64,000 bases of DNA from Azolla caroliniana (taxonomy: Eukaryota; Plantae; Polypodiophyta). Numbering within the stretch: position 1 is the first letter of the stretch; each line of letters starts with the position of its first letter. The stretch lies in the NCBI GenBank assembly GCA_043228905.1, contig JBHGNT010000020.1:3782001-3846000 (forward strand), written 5' to 3'. The notes beneath the pieces were generated by a model. That model did not search any database. It was not told the origin of the DNA and saw only the letters and a list, made by a program, of their open reading frames with translations. The position numbers were made by a program, and so were the translations under genes. Below are positions 11,646 through 24,627 of the stretch, piece after piece.

Positions 11646-14600
11646 AAGCCGTGTTCTCCTGGTCATCGGGGTGCATCCGGATCTGGTTGTATCCGCTGAA
11701 TCCGTCTAAAAAACTGTATACCTCATGGCCGGCGATTACATCCAAAACTCCATCCGTAAATGGAAGTGGAAATGCATTAGTTATCGTCGCCGCATTAAAC
11801 TTCCGATAGTCGACGCATACTCTAATTTTGCCGTTTTTCTTTGGTACGACTACTATCGAGCTCATCCATGTAAATTTCTTTACGGGACGGATAAAGCCAA
11901 CCCTCAGTAACTTGTCGATTTCCTCCTTGACTTTGGCGGCGTAGTTCAGATTCATCCGGTACCGTCGTTGTGCTACCGGTTTGGCGTCCTTGCTCAAATG
12001 TATCTAATGTTGATATAGCTGAGGATCGAGCCCTCGCATATCCTCTTAGGACCAGGCAAACACGTCCCGAAACTCCTTGAGAAGTGTAATCATCGCCGTT
12101 CTGTTCTCCGTAGTCATTTCCTTGGCTATCTGCACCGGTCTCGCCTCTTCCGTAGTTCCTAGATTTACCTCCTCTAGTTGGGATGCTTTAACCCGTTGTG
12201 ATACGGCCATTTCTCTTTCCAACGCTTCTTGTGCTTGCCGTAGCTCCCGGATTGCCTCTTTATTTGGTTCTTCGACCGCTCCGTCCGGTGGCAGTATGTA
12301 TGGTGATACGGCTTCAGCTACGTCAATTTCGAATAGGGGTACTATCTTCGGATTATCTTGCAAGTATTGATCCACCTCTTTGTCTGCTAATCCATCCATC
12401 ATATTGACACATTCGGCATATAGGGGTGTCAATTCCTTCCCGGTACTCGTCTGTGGTTGTGTCGGTACCCGTACTTTTGCTTTTCCCCGCCGGAAGGTGA
12501 TTATATTCTTCCTCCAATTTTGTTTAATGTGCGCTGTTTTTAGCCACGGCTGTCCCAACAATAGTGGGTACGCTCCTTGTGTCTATAATTGTAGCACTAC
12601 TGCCGAGATGAGAAATGTGTGGCCGCCGATTGTTACTTCCAAATCTCGTATCAAGCCGGTCGGTCGCATTGAGCTTGTATCCGCCATCCGTAGCCAGAAC
12701 GGGCATGGTTCCCACTCTTGGATTCCCAAGGTTGTGCATGTGCGGAGGCTGATCACATTGACGCCGGATCCTCCATCTATTACTATTCCGGGTAACTCCT
12801 TTCCCTTCACGACGGTTGTGATTGCCGGACTGTTTGTGCCGGACTCCTTCCTCCGGATTTGAGAAGAATGTTGGTGCCGGTAGTGTTTCTCCTGCCGTCA
12901 TGCCTGTCTTGAGTCCTTCCGTGAATCTGGGCACTAGTTGCAGGAGCCGTCCTAATGGCAGTGTGATTTGGCACTTTTGCAATGCTTCCCATGTCGCATT
13001 TTCGGTTTGACTGCCGCCGGCGAGCTCTTCGGTGTTCTCCTTTTGCTGCGCATGTTCTGCTACATTTCGCTCATTTGCATTTTTCACCCATTCCGTTGCC
13101 TGCTTCCGGATGGCCTCTTGTGTCTCCCATTCCGTCGTCTTGCCCTTCGATCTTGTGGTAACCTGCTGCAGGTCCACGACTTCGGCGACTACCATGTTTA
13201 CTGCTGGTCGCTTGTCATAGCTCTTTGCCAGACATTGATTACTATAATGTCCTTCTTGCCGGCAATAGTAGCAATATTCTTTCCGGGTATTGCTGGATTT
13301 GGCATTGTTTCCTGTACCCAGTGGAGGACCTGTGGTAACCGCGGGGCTTTGGTCCGGTTGGCTGCTTGAGGCGCCTTTTTCCGGTTCACGTGGATGGCTC
13401 CCTTTTTTGAAATTCCGTTTTTTATTAAAGTTCTTTTTGTTGCGGTACCCTTGACGGGGTTGGCTGTCATATCTCCCATAATCTTCCCGTCGTTGGTGAT
13501 ACCCGGGGGAGTGATCCCGGTTGTAATTCTCGTACCGTCCATTGTAATCTCGGTACCTGTCATATCTCTTGTACCGGTCATAGTTGTCTCGCCAATCGTC
13601 GTACCGGACATCTTGTGCCGGTCGATATCGCTCCTCTCGCCGCCAGCATTCGTCTTCTTTGTCTCGGCTGCTACGTGGCTCGATTTGCCGGACTGGTGGT
13701 GCTTGCCGATTCAATAAGTTATATTCGCACCGGTCCATTGTGTGGCTCGTAGATTGGCAGAGTAAGCAGTGCGTCCGCATGGTGCACTCTAGTGACGAGT
13801 GTCCGGAATTCAAGCAAGTTGTGCATTGGATTGCTTGCCAGAACCGGAGATCCTCATCGATTGGTAACGCTCGTTGGAGGGCTCCCATTGTTAGCCAAGA
13901 GCTCGTTTTCTCCATTTCTCTAACCCGGTCGATGACCTGGTCGACGGTGCTTGTGCGAAAGTCAATGACCGTGCATACCGTTCATAGAGGTTCCCGGAGC
14001 GTGGCTAAGAATATAGCCCGTGTTTCTTCCTCCGGAGGTGCGCGGGTAAGCTGACTGTGCATCCATTGAAACCGGATGACAAACTGCGGAAAGCTCTCCT
14101 CGGGGTCCTGCCGGATGCTATAAAATAGGCCCACCATTTCTCTCTGGTCCACCTCCTTCTGAAAGAAGTGCAAGAATTTATCTTTCAGGTCCGCAAAGGT
14201 GGTGATGGTGCTGGGGTCCTGCGTCCAGTGCCATCTGGCGGCCGGTCCTTCCAATGTCACGCCGAATTCGGCTATCTTAGATCGTTCCTCTTTGGCCGCA
14301 GTTAACCGTTGTGACACATGGTTTGCCTGCCATGTTTGTTGAAACGCGTGAACATGAGCCTTCGCGTCCGGGTCATCCCTATACTTGGAGTACTGGAACG
14401 GCATGTTGTCGTCCGGTGTCGGTACTCGAGCTGGCGGTGTCAGTGGTCTTTCTTGTTGTTCCGTCGGCGTCAGAGGTTTTTGCCAGTCTTCCTTTGGTGT
14501 TGCCGACTCGACTTCCGGTGTCGGAGGTCTTTCTTTGTCTTCTTCCATCTCCGAAGGTTGCTCCGCGTCTAGTGCCGGGGGTTCCCGGTCTGACAACTCT

Positions 14601-15036
14601 GGTTCCGGTGTCAATAATGTATCCGACTCCTCGTCCTCCGGTCCTCCTGGGGTTTCGTTACTGCTGCGATAGTTCGTGTGCGCGTTGTAACCCCCTTCCG
14701 AATCCGATTCCAGCGCTGAAAATGCTTCGGATTCGCCGTCTCTTCCGGCCAAGTCCTGGAGAAGGGATTCCGCTTCCCGAAGGCTGCTTAAGTTGCTTCC
14801 TTCGTCCGGGTAGGCGTTTTGTTGCAGACGGAGCGACTCCTCCGCCACTTTCCGGATCACTTTGGAAAATGATCGATCCGATCGGATTTCTTCCACTGCT
14901 TGCTGGAAAGCCTCTCGCCGCCTTCGCCGTTCAGCAAGTCTTCGTGCTCTCTCCGTAACCGGGTCGTCTGTTGGCCTAGTCATCCATTCTTGTCGTTGTT
15001 CACTGCGATTGTGCAGGAATCGTGGTCGCCAAAAAC

Positions 15037-15453
15037 TGTGTTAATCCTAGGGCCGGACAACAGCCTAACACAGGGTGTCCACTTAAGACACTTCACCAAA
15101 GGATGTTACGGCAAAATGACTTACGACACAACATTTAATTAGACCTTAATCGATTACTTAGCAATACATCATTAACATGTGTAAGATATACAATAAGCAC
15201 AGAACGGTAATCAATACTGAAAGATTAAGGCAATACGTTCTATTAATTATCCGCTTTCAATTACATTGTAACCGGGCCTTTATATAGGTCTCCGGTGCGA
15301 AGTACAAAACGGTGCCAACCGGCACCTTTTCGGGATCGGTCCAGATCCGGATCGGCATACTGATTCCGGTCTGTCCGTCCACATCTTCTCATATATTAAT
15401 ATATATTAAGATTACTAATTACAACAGTTCCCGAATAAACTATTCCTTTCACA
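15037..15453 (-). repeat. 5' LTR of the minus-strand Gypsy
   Basis: TGTG...CACA termini; minus-strand TATA (CCTATATAAAGG) near 15277-15288; PBS-like sequence adjacent at about 15020-15031. The partner LTR is not in the window. Confidence 0.72.
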
Positions 15454-16290
15454 CTCTGGTTTGGACCTCCTTAAGCCTTCTTGCCGGCCAGGTAACACGG
15501 TGTCGTGTCGTTCTCCCTTGGGTACTCGATCGACTCGGATCTATTTATCCCTTGACCCATATCCAATGTTTTGGTTGGTTGGACTTTGTCACTTTTGACT
15601 CTGTCATTTCGGACCCTGGTCGATTTGAGTTCGACCCTTGGACCTCCTACCGATTCAGAGTCGGCATGTATGTTGTCGGCTTGCTCGAGTTCGACTGTTT
15701 GTTAAATCTCTTAGTCGTCCCGGTGGGTCAGTCCTTCTACGACAGTTCTGTCGTCTTCGAAGGAAACCTTTCGACCAACTATTTTCTCCTAGTTCTATTG
15801 AGAGAAGACTACATCACTACTCCGAATCAACTTTTGGTTCTCAAGGTCCCATAGCCTATAGTTGAAGTCCCCATTGGTTCCTTCACCTAGAAATATGCAC
15901 TTTTTTGCATGCATGCCAACTTGGTCCTTTTTTCCCTCAGAATGAATGCATAGACTTCGCATCCGAATATACGAACAGAGCCTGTCATAGGTCGGTTGTT
16001 TGCCTGACCATAGTGCCTGTGGCACTTTGAGCCTGATTGCTTTCGACAATGATAGATTTACCAGGTATACTGTCGTCTGCAATGCCTCGACCCAAAACTC
16101 CAGCTTTAGTCCGGCTTGCTGGAGCATTGTCGTCACCCTCTCTTATATCGTTTGGTTGATCCATTCAGCCACCCCATTCTGCATGGGTGTGTAAGGAACG
16201 ATCTTTTGATGCCGGATCCCTTTATCAAACAAGTACTGTTTGAAGGCTCGGGTGGTGTACTCACCTCCGTTGTCGGATCAGAGTGTCTTT
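15454..16290 (-). pseudogene. Copia integrase fragment (host of the Gypsy insertion)
   Basis: EFWVEALQTTVYLVN, KKCIFLG and LIRSSDVVF motifs in ORF 15795-16136. Confidence 0.8.
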
Positions 16291-16708
16291 ACCTACAAAG
16301 TCGATCGATGATCAACATCAGGATTTATCTCCTCCCTCATCAGTGGAGCCATATCATGGTGTTGAGATATCAAGCTCAACTAGATTTAGTTAGTTAGTCA
16401 ACACATGTTACTTAGTAGTTACCTAGATAGAATCTAGTTAGTGTGTTGACCTTAAAACCTTAAATAGGATTTTGTACTTGAGTGGGATACATTGTAGTTC
16501 CTTCACTCCCATGTTCATTTAATATAAGACTCACACCTTTGTACCTATATTCTACTCACACATGTCCACCTTTGCACATGAGATGTATGTATACCTCATT
16601 GTGGGTATTTTTGTATTTGATGATGCTTTTTAATATACATTCTCGTTAATCAACCCCCATTCATATTATTGTTCATAAGTGTAAACTTCCTCTCTCTTTC
16701 TTCCTCTC

Positions 16709-19700
16709 AAAGCTCTCTGTAAGTTCACTCTAGCCATCATTTTCTACATTCTATAGCTTGTTGGAAAGCTCTTTCAGAGAGCTTTCTAAAGAATGTTCAT
16801 TTATTGAATTCTGTTACCATGGCGAGAAGTTATGAGCATTTCATCTACAGCCATCTTTGCCCCACGGTTCCTCAAACGCAAGGTAGATTTTGAAGCCCTA
16901 AATCGAGCGAAAGGTACATTCTCTCTCCCTCCCTCTCTGTCTCTCTCTTCCCATAGGGTTTGTCCCTACCATGTCAAACACTTGTAAAGCCGCCGCAAAG
17001 TTCGGGGGTATGATTGATAATGAGCCGAGATCACCAACAAATCTCGATTCCAATGCAATGGATAAAATGCTTATGAGTCACTTGATTTCTCTTCAAGAAA
17101 CCATAAACAAGCAAGGTGAAGAGATTAGGACGTTAATGAAAGAGAATGCTAAGCTCCAAATTGTTGTCATTGAGAATGAAAGTCTTAAGCAAGTGGTTGC
17201 AAAACTTCAAGAAGAGATTCAAGAATGTAAAAGAGCTTTTTTCGAAACAAATGAGCGCCTTAACAAGATTGAGTTAAAGGAAGCATTAAAAGAAGAAAAA
17301 TTGGACACAATGAGGGGGGATGTAAGTGAGATGAAAAATGTATGTACAACGAAGTCATGGGCCGAAGTATGTGGTGGGGATGTGCATGTGATGCATCAAG
17401 AGAAGAATATAGAAGCATAGATGTCCGAGAATTGAAACAACGTGAATGACGATCAAAGAACATTATCGTCCGTGGGATTAAAAAAGAGAGTATGGAAACA
17501 CCCACATCCCTTGGAAAGGCCATTGGTGAATTTTTTAGCATGCATTATGGGATTTCAGATGTGAATGTATATGGGGCACACCGACTTGGGAAACATGGTG
17601 TTACTCGCTCCAGAGAAAGGCCTATTGTATGCACAATGACAGATGATGCAAAGTGGCGGATCATACTCGAAAATAGTTGGGTATACCTCAAAGGTACGCA
17701 ATGCTTTGTGAGTGAAGATCGTACTATCTCACAACAAAATGCTCGTCGTAAAGCATATGAAGAAAGATTGAAAAATAAGGTTAAGGATGTGCCTAAAGAT
17801 GGAAATGTAGGAAAATAGGGACACGTGACCTATGAGACTAACCCACGCCTTTTACGACTATGCTTTTGGAATTGCAATGGATACCCATGGAATGCGGGAT
17901 TTGGCATGGAGAAGTTCACCGATGACTTGGATATCACACTTCTTGTTGAAACATGGAAGCATGATACTCAAAGGATTCAAGGTTTAGGAAACTATAATGT
18001 ACACTCTTTGATATGGAAGAAAAATCCAAGACAAAGAAGAGGACAAGGAGGGGTGACATGTTTGATTAAGAATGGAAATAGAGGAATATGTGTCAATCAT
18101 AAAAAATGATGAACATAAATGCTACATATGGCTCAAAATAGAAACACCTAATGATTTGCCCACTTTTGTAGTTGGATGTTACATTCCTCATCAAGATTCT
18201 AACTTTTATGCTTGTTTGGATAAAGATCAACCATTTGGTGACATGAATGCTTGTACAAGAAGTTTCCAACTTGATTCACAAGAATCTTTCATGCCACATA
18301 TCTCAAGGATGCAAGAGGATATGCAAATGTATAGCCGCTCTTCTAGCAATGAAAAAGGTTCGAACCAATTTGAGAAGTTACTCCTACAAATGTGCAATAG
18401 TACCGGATTGCTTATTACAAATGGTATTTCCTTATGGCCCAACACTAATGGTTTTACATGTCGAAAACACAACGGAAATAGTGTGATTGACTATGTGCTA
18501 CTTTCCGAAGGTATTTTGGATCATATACACAAATTCTGACTTGGTGAATGGACACCGGAATCCAATCATAGGCCTTTATGTATTGATCTGAAATGTATGC
18601 ATAGGTTTGATTGTGAGAAGGCTATTGAAGATAATAAACAACCGCACTTGAGCATAAACCTTAAGCGAGTGCCCATGTATTCCAAGATGGTTGAGTCAAA
18701 AAATAGATAAATCATGCATTATGTACAACAATGAGCCACTTGAATGTCTGGAAAGCTTCAAATAGCTTTGCCTTGAAGTTCCTTCAAATAATAGATGGAA
18801 TGAATGTGCTACACGCCGCTTAGAGGCGGGTAAGCGAGCATACTGTGCATTTGAGAACACATGCAATCTTGGAGATATTAAGTGTTGGGTCCTCAAGAAA
18901 TATCTTTCCGACACTTTGGTAACACCGATTCTTCTCTATGGGGTGGAAGGATGGGTGGTAGCATCCCTAAATCTATGTGGAAAGAGTTTGAAAATGTCCA
19001 AAAACATTTTCTTACAAAGTTTCTACAAGTTAAGAAACAAACGCCCTACACCCTCCTCCTTGAGACAGGATCGCTTCCCATTGAGATCATGCCCATGGAA
19101 AGGGTTGTTGAATACATGCTTAAGGTTCAAAAAAGTCCCTCACATCGACTTCCTAGAATTGCATGGGAAGCAAGCAAAAAGATCTAAAAGACACATAAAA
19201 GCAAAATTTTGTGTTCCAGTTGGATGCAAGATATAGAAAAATGGTTTGGTAGATGGGACGCGAGACACTTGCTTCATGATGCATCATTAGATTCCTTTGT
19301 AAATGAGGCCTTTTTGCAACGCCAATGTATCATGACATGGGACAAATGTGGAGGCTCACGCTTCACATTATACTACACATGTTGCACCTAACTACAAAAC
19401 CATATTCTTTGCGGAACGGGGAATCGTACACATCGATACATGTTAGAGCCCATACTGTTATCTACCATTCGAACCATTGCTTCCATGCGACTTAGCTCAC
19501 ATGCATTGCAATGTGAGATAGGGCGTTGGGGCAAAAGTGATGAGAGTGGTCAGTTATGCACACTTTGCCCTAAACAAGTTCGCGAGTCTGAGTATCACAC
19601 TTTGATACAATGCTCTGCCTTTGATCATATTTGACCATGCTTTCACATCTCTTTGATTGAGCCCAATCCTTGCATGAATTCCTCTCACAACAATAATGTG

Positions 19701-19852
19701 CACTCTCGATTGCAACATTCATTGGTAAAGTTCTTGAACATCGAGAGTCACTACTCACTTTCACACGTATCACGTGAAATGTAATATTTTTGGTCTCATA
19801 GGTCATATTTGACCTTCGAAGACGAAAATATAATCTATCTATCTATCTATCT
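16709..19852 (+). mobile_element. Non-LTR retrotransposon (LINE, RTEX/L2-like), internally deleted, inserted in the Copia-B 5' LTR
   Basis: ORF1 16971-17818 (coiled coil, then KNIIVRGI...AHRLG...FVSED); AP-endonuclease 17825-18540 (FWNCNG, LVETW, GDMNA, SVIDYVL); post-RT part (PILLYGVE, RLSSHALQCEIGRW, CxxC...EYHTLIQC); 3' (TATC)n tail. Absent from the 3' LTR. Confidence 0.88.
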
Positions 19853-21856
19853 CACACACATACACACACATACCTCATAATCTTTCGTTTATCAACTACT
19901 CACATAATTAGACGTTAATTAACCCTTGCTTAATTACCTAATTATTAACATGGTATCAAAGTGTGTGGTTAAGCACATCCACTAAGCCCACCCGACTCTT
20001 CGTAATTGTGTGTTCGAGATGCCGACGACAAATCCGGTTATCCACTACCATAGTGCCACTATATAGCACGTGTATGTGATCGAAGGAAGAAAAGCCAAAA
20101 GAGAAGACACTAATCAGCATGAAAACTCAAATGGGTAGCTCGCTCCCTAGTGAAAAGCTAGACCAGAGCAATTATTCATCTTGGGAGTACAAGATGAACC
20201 AATACCTAGTCGACCATCTCGTCTATCTTAGCGAGAGAAACCCCTCCTTCATTCTTTGACCTCCAATCAATATTATTGGTCGAAGAGAACCACATCCGAA
20301 CGAAGACCAAGATGTCGGAAGGAAAAATGTTCTTCTCGAATTCAGATGGTGGTTGAGGACGAGGTCAACCCATCTCACGAAGGGAACTCAAACCTTTGAC
20401 AAGAAGACGGAAGTCATCACGGAACCTTCGGAAGAAGGGGGAGCTTCCACGCCAAACAAGGTCGGCAAACGAGACCCGCCAAATGCAATTATTGCAGCAA
20501 AATCGGCCACGTGAAGAGTGTCGGAAGAAAAGAAGTGAGCCGGCTTTGACAAGTTGGCAACTCACAAACTATGCCACCAATTCTGAATACGACGACTATG
20601 GTGTGCTATTCGTAATGAGACATAGAGCAAACTCTATGTCGGACTCCGAGTCCACAAGCACCTCGAACTCAGAAGACATGTGGTTTGTCAACTCCGGCAC
20701 CTCACATCATATGAGATCACACCAAGAATGGTTTCGTGACTTAAGAACGCAAGATCGACCCGGTTACATAGACATGGGAGACAACACCACACATCCCATT
20801 CGGCACATCGGCAATGACGGCCAAAACAAATGCATCAAGAATGTCTTGCACGTGCCCACAATAACAAAAAAAATTGGTCTCGGTCGGCCAAATCGTGGAG
20901 CAAGGCATGCAAGTTCGTTTCAACAACGAAGGATGGTTCATCGAAAAGATGAATGACTCATTGCTAAGGGATGAAGAGATGGTCGAATGTTCATTCTTGA
21001 TTCAAACGAGGTGAAATCGGCCATGTATGCCAAAAGTCTCAAAACTAGGACAAACATCAAGTTGTGGCACAAGAGAATCGGCCACATCAACCTCCAATGG
21101 CTCCAAGCAATGCAATCAAAGGGATTCGTCATCGGACTTCCGACCTTTGAGTCGAAACGAGTCGACCGGGTGTGCAAAGCATGTCAACTCAGCAAAAAAC
21201 ATCGACTCCCATTTCCGAAGGAGAGCTATGTAAGCAAAGGCCTCCTCGACGTCATACACTCGGATGTATGTGAACCGGCTCAAACACCAACGATCGGCAA
21301 ATGCCGATACTACGTAACCTTCATCGACGATTACTCCCGCTACACGTGGATCTTCCCGATGAAGAAAAAGAGTGAAGTGCTCTCCCACTTCCAAAAGCTC
21401 AAGAGCCAAGTCGAAAAAGAAACCGGTTGGCACATTCGATGCCTACGATCAGATGGAGGCAAGGAGTACTTCTTTGACAAATTCATCTCCTACCTCCAAG
21501 GTGAAGGCATCCGGAGAGAATTCTCATGCTGACACACACCCCAACAAAATGGAGTAACCGAAAGGAAGAATTGGCACATACTTGACGTAGCACGCGCCAT
21601 GATGCATGAGAAGCACATGCCGAACTTTTATTGGACCGAAGCGGCATCCACGGCCGTCCATCTCATGAATTGATGCACCACTAATGGAGTACATGAGCTA
21701 ACTCCATACGAGCTCCTTGTCAAAAGGAAGCTGATCCTATCGCACCTCAATGTGTTCGAAAGCATTACGAATGTACGCTTCTCAAACGAAAACCGATAGA
21801 AGCCCGACGCGAAATCGCAGAAATGTATCTTCGTAGGATACTTGCCCGAGAAGAAG

Positions 21857-22916
21857 CATGGTTATTTACGTACCTGTATTTAACGTTTAAATACGTATAG
21901 TACCTCATAATTTGTATAGTACGTACTATACCTCAATGTTGTTTAATCAAATATCATGTACATTTTTCCAATATGGTATTTAACGTACATTTGAAAAAAA
22001 TAGGTATAATACATATTTATAAAAAAATGTAGGTAGAACCCCAACAAAAAGTAAAAGAAGAAAAATATTTTAGTGAAAAAGAAGCAAAAAGAAGGAAGAA
22101 AGAAGAACTGAAGAGATGACGACGACGAAGAAGAAGAAGAAAGGAGAAAAGAAGACAAAAACCTGTCCTGACTCTGAGTGTGATAATCACTGAAGATAGA
22201 CGAAGATGATGATGAAGAAGAAGAAGACAGAAAAGAAGACAAAAACCTGTCCTGACTCTGAGTGTGATAATCACAGAAGATAGAAGAAGATGAAGATGAA
22301 AGAAAAGTACACAAAAACATGTCCTGACTCTGAGTGTGATAATCACAGAAGATAGAAGAAGATGAAGATAAAGATGAAGATGAAAGAAAAATACACAAAA
22401 ACATGTCCTGACTCTGAGTGTGATAATCATAGAAGATAGAGGAAGAAGAAGAAGATGAAGAAGATAGAAACCTATCCTGAGTGTGATAATCGAAGACAAT
22501 TCCTCAATCCATGAAGGCATAATAGTAAATAATTACAATTTGAAGTAGAACATCGTGATACACACACTGATTTATAGAATAAGTGAATGTCGACGTCCAT
22601 ATTATAGGTATTTCAGGATGTGAAATGTTCAAATGTCTTATATGCATTTTAGGATGTAGAACTATAATGTACATCACAAAATTGTGTAAAAAATAGATGT
22701 TGTTTACAATATTACAAATATGTTTTAGAAAGGTAAATAATTTTCAAATTCTAGAAGTATTTAATGTACTATACGTAAAATACGTATTTTATAAGACTTA
22801 TTTAACATATTAAAAAACGTATTTAACGTATTTTTAAATTCAGAGGTACTATACGCATATTAATACATTATATACGTATGGTATCCATACCGTATCTAAC
22901 GTACCTAACAACCTTT
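21857..22916. mobile_element. Non-autonomous DNA transposon (hAT-like) in Copia-B integrase
   Basis: Interrupts GYLPEKK/KAYKCYN; flanks AGAAGAAG and TGAAGAAG (7-8 bp TSD); imperfect TIRs CATGGTTATTTACGTAC / GTACCTAACAACCTTT; subterminal TACGTA clusters at both ends. Confidence 0.72.
22150..22495. repeat. Tandem array of 5 units with core TCCTGACTCTGAGTGTGATAATC and GAAGAT-rich linkers
   Basis: Core seen at about 22166, 22250, 22322 and 22406, with a shortened copy at about 22475; period 69-84 bp. Confidence 0.85.
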
Positions 22917-23620
22917 TGAAGAAGGCATACAAGTGCTATAACCTTTCGACCCGAGCAGTTTGCGTGAGTCGAGATGTAGTCTTCGATGAATCGGCATCAT
23001 GGTATGAGCCCGATTCGGCTCCACCCGACTCGACCGAGGAAGAGTTGAACTTCAACTCGGAGGGCGATATTCGGCCAAGCCCTTCACCAAAGGACCGTCC
23101 AAGCTCTACTGAGCTAAGTGGACCACATGAGCCTTCGAGCCTTCCAAACGCATCTCAACTAGGGGCTAGATCGGACAAAGGCAAAGGTAAGATGCCCGAA
23201 TACAAAGTCGACCACCCCAACGACAATGATTCGGATGTGTCAGCTCTGTCACTAGACAGTGAGTTTGGTGTACCCATCATGTGGACACCCACATTGACAA
23301 GCGAAAAACTTCGGCTCTCATCATGAGAGAAGAACCCTGTCACTTGGTTCGGCTACAACGAGTATATGGCCCATCTTTATGCCTTTGCGATGAAGGTAGT
23401 AGCCGAATAAGAGCCTGAGAGCTCTACCGGAGCGGCTCGTGACCCATGATAGGTGGAAGCAGTTGGTCTTCGCCCATTTCACACTACAAGCCTTCGTCAC
23501 CAACTTGAGGGGGAGGAACCAAGACGGCCTTAGAAAGGTCGAAGAAAGCCGAAGGCCAGACAAAAGCCGACGAAAGCCAAAGCGGATGTCGGATGCCTCA
23601 CACATGAGCTTGAGGGGGCG

Positions 23621-24040
23621 TGTTCAGATAACAAGCTCAATTAGATTTAGTTAGGTAGTCAACACACGTAACTTAGTAGTTACCTAGATAGAATCTAGTT
23701 AGTGTGTTGACCTTAAAGCCTTAAATAAGATTTTGTACTTGAATGGGATACATTGTAGATCCTCCACTCGCATGTTCATTTAATATAGGACTTACACCTT
23801 TGTACCTATATTCTACTTGCACATGAGATGTATATATACCTCATGTGTGGGTATTTTTGTATTTGATGATGCTTTTTAATATACACTCTCATTAATCATC
23901 CCCCATTCATATTATTGTTCATAAGTGTAACTTCTTCTCTCTCTCTTCCTCTCACACACATACCTCATAATCTTCCGCTTCTCAACCACTCACATAATTA
24001 GACGTTAATTAACCCTTGCTTAATTACCTAATTATTAACA
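23621..24040 (+). repeat. 3' LTR of Copia-B
   Basis: TGTTCAGATAAC...ATTATTAACA after PPT GAGGGGGCG; matches 16360-16708 joined to 19853-19950. Confidence 0.92.
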
Positions 24041-24552
24041 CATGGAACAACAAAAAGCAGCCAACAGTCGCATTGTCGAGCACAGAGGCAGAATATAGGG
24101 GCACGGTCGTGGCAGCATACGAAGCCGTATGGCTTAAGAGGATTCTCAAGGATCTAGACATCTCCATCAAAGGTCCCATCCTCCTCTATTGCAACAATAT
24201 GAGCAACATCCACTTAGCTCGGAATCCAATCTTCCACACTCAAACTAAGTATATGGAGGTGCAGTATCAGTTCATCCGAGAACGTGTCCTAGCTGGAGAT
24301 GTCGACCTATAACACATCAGGACCAACCTAAAGACGACCGACATCTTCACAAAGGCCCTAGGAGTTGACAAGTTGTGGCAATTCACGACAAACCTAGGAC
24401 TCTTGACTATTAACCAGCTGAGCTTGAGGGGGACTAACGAGCCGCAACCCGACTCAGAGTCGTACGGAGCAGAACGAACACAGGAGTAAGCCGAGTAAGT
24501 TGGCCATCCACAACCGAAGTCGGAGCCGACTCACGAAGTCGACCCGGTTCAT

Positions 24553-24554
<2 letters not shown>

Positions 24555-24623
<69 letters not shown>
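24555..24623. repeat. (CT)n(CA)n compound microsatellite
   Basis: Directly visible. Confidence 0.95.

Positions 24624-24627
<4 letters not shown>

Larger units (their letters stand above)
4253..15453 (-). mobile_element. Ty3/Gypsy retrotransposon (non-chromovirus-like), interrupted by two Copia-A insertions; 3' part lies left of the window
   Basis: Minus-strand gag (13982-14983, 12524-13915), protease (IVIDGGSGVN, 12583-12810), RT (RVCVDYRK, FLDGFSGYNQI, SLDD) split at 5918/11646, RNase H (DHSALLYL, ARWTLLLQEF), HHCC integrase (4253-4854). PBS-like TGGCGACCACG next to the LTR. Confidence 0.92.
16360..24040 (+). mobile_element. Ty1/Copia (Copia-B), internally deleted, with nested LINE and DNA-TE insert
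   Basis: LTRs 16360-19950 (interrupted) and 23621-24040; TSD CATGG at 16355-16359 and 24041-24045; PBS TGGTATCAAAG at 19951; gag, PR and IN remnants; most of RT/RH deleted at about 23460. Confidence 0.93.
16295..24550 (+). mobile_element. Old Copia RNase H fragment split by the Copia-B insertion
   Basis: STSGFISSLISGAISW ends at 16359 and resumes at 24041 as NNKKQPTVALSSTEAEYR...; PPT-like TTGAGGGGGA at about 24424. Confidence 0.8.

Noticed and set aside
15312-15854. 180-aa plus-strand ORF
   Set aside because: It spans the Gypsy LTR/Copia junction and is antisense to Copia sequence.
22150-22495. CRISPR-like repeat-spacer array
   Set aside because: The linkers are related low-complexity GAAGAT tracts rather than unique spacers; the context is a eukaryotic TE and there are no cas genes.
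21943-22520. Ser/Phe/Leu-rich ORFs on the minus strand
   Set aside because: These are translations of the purine-rich tandem array.
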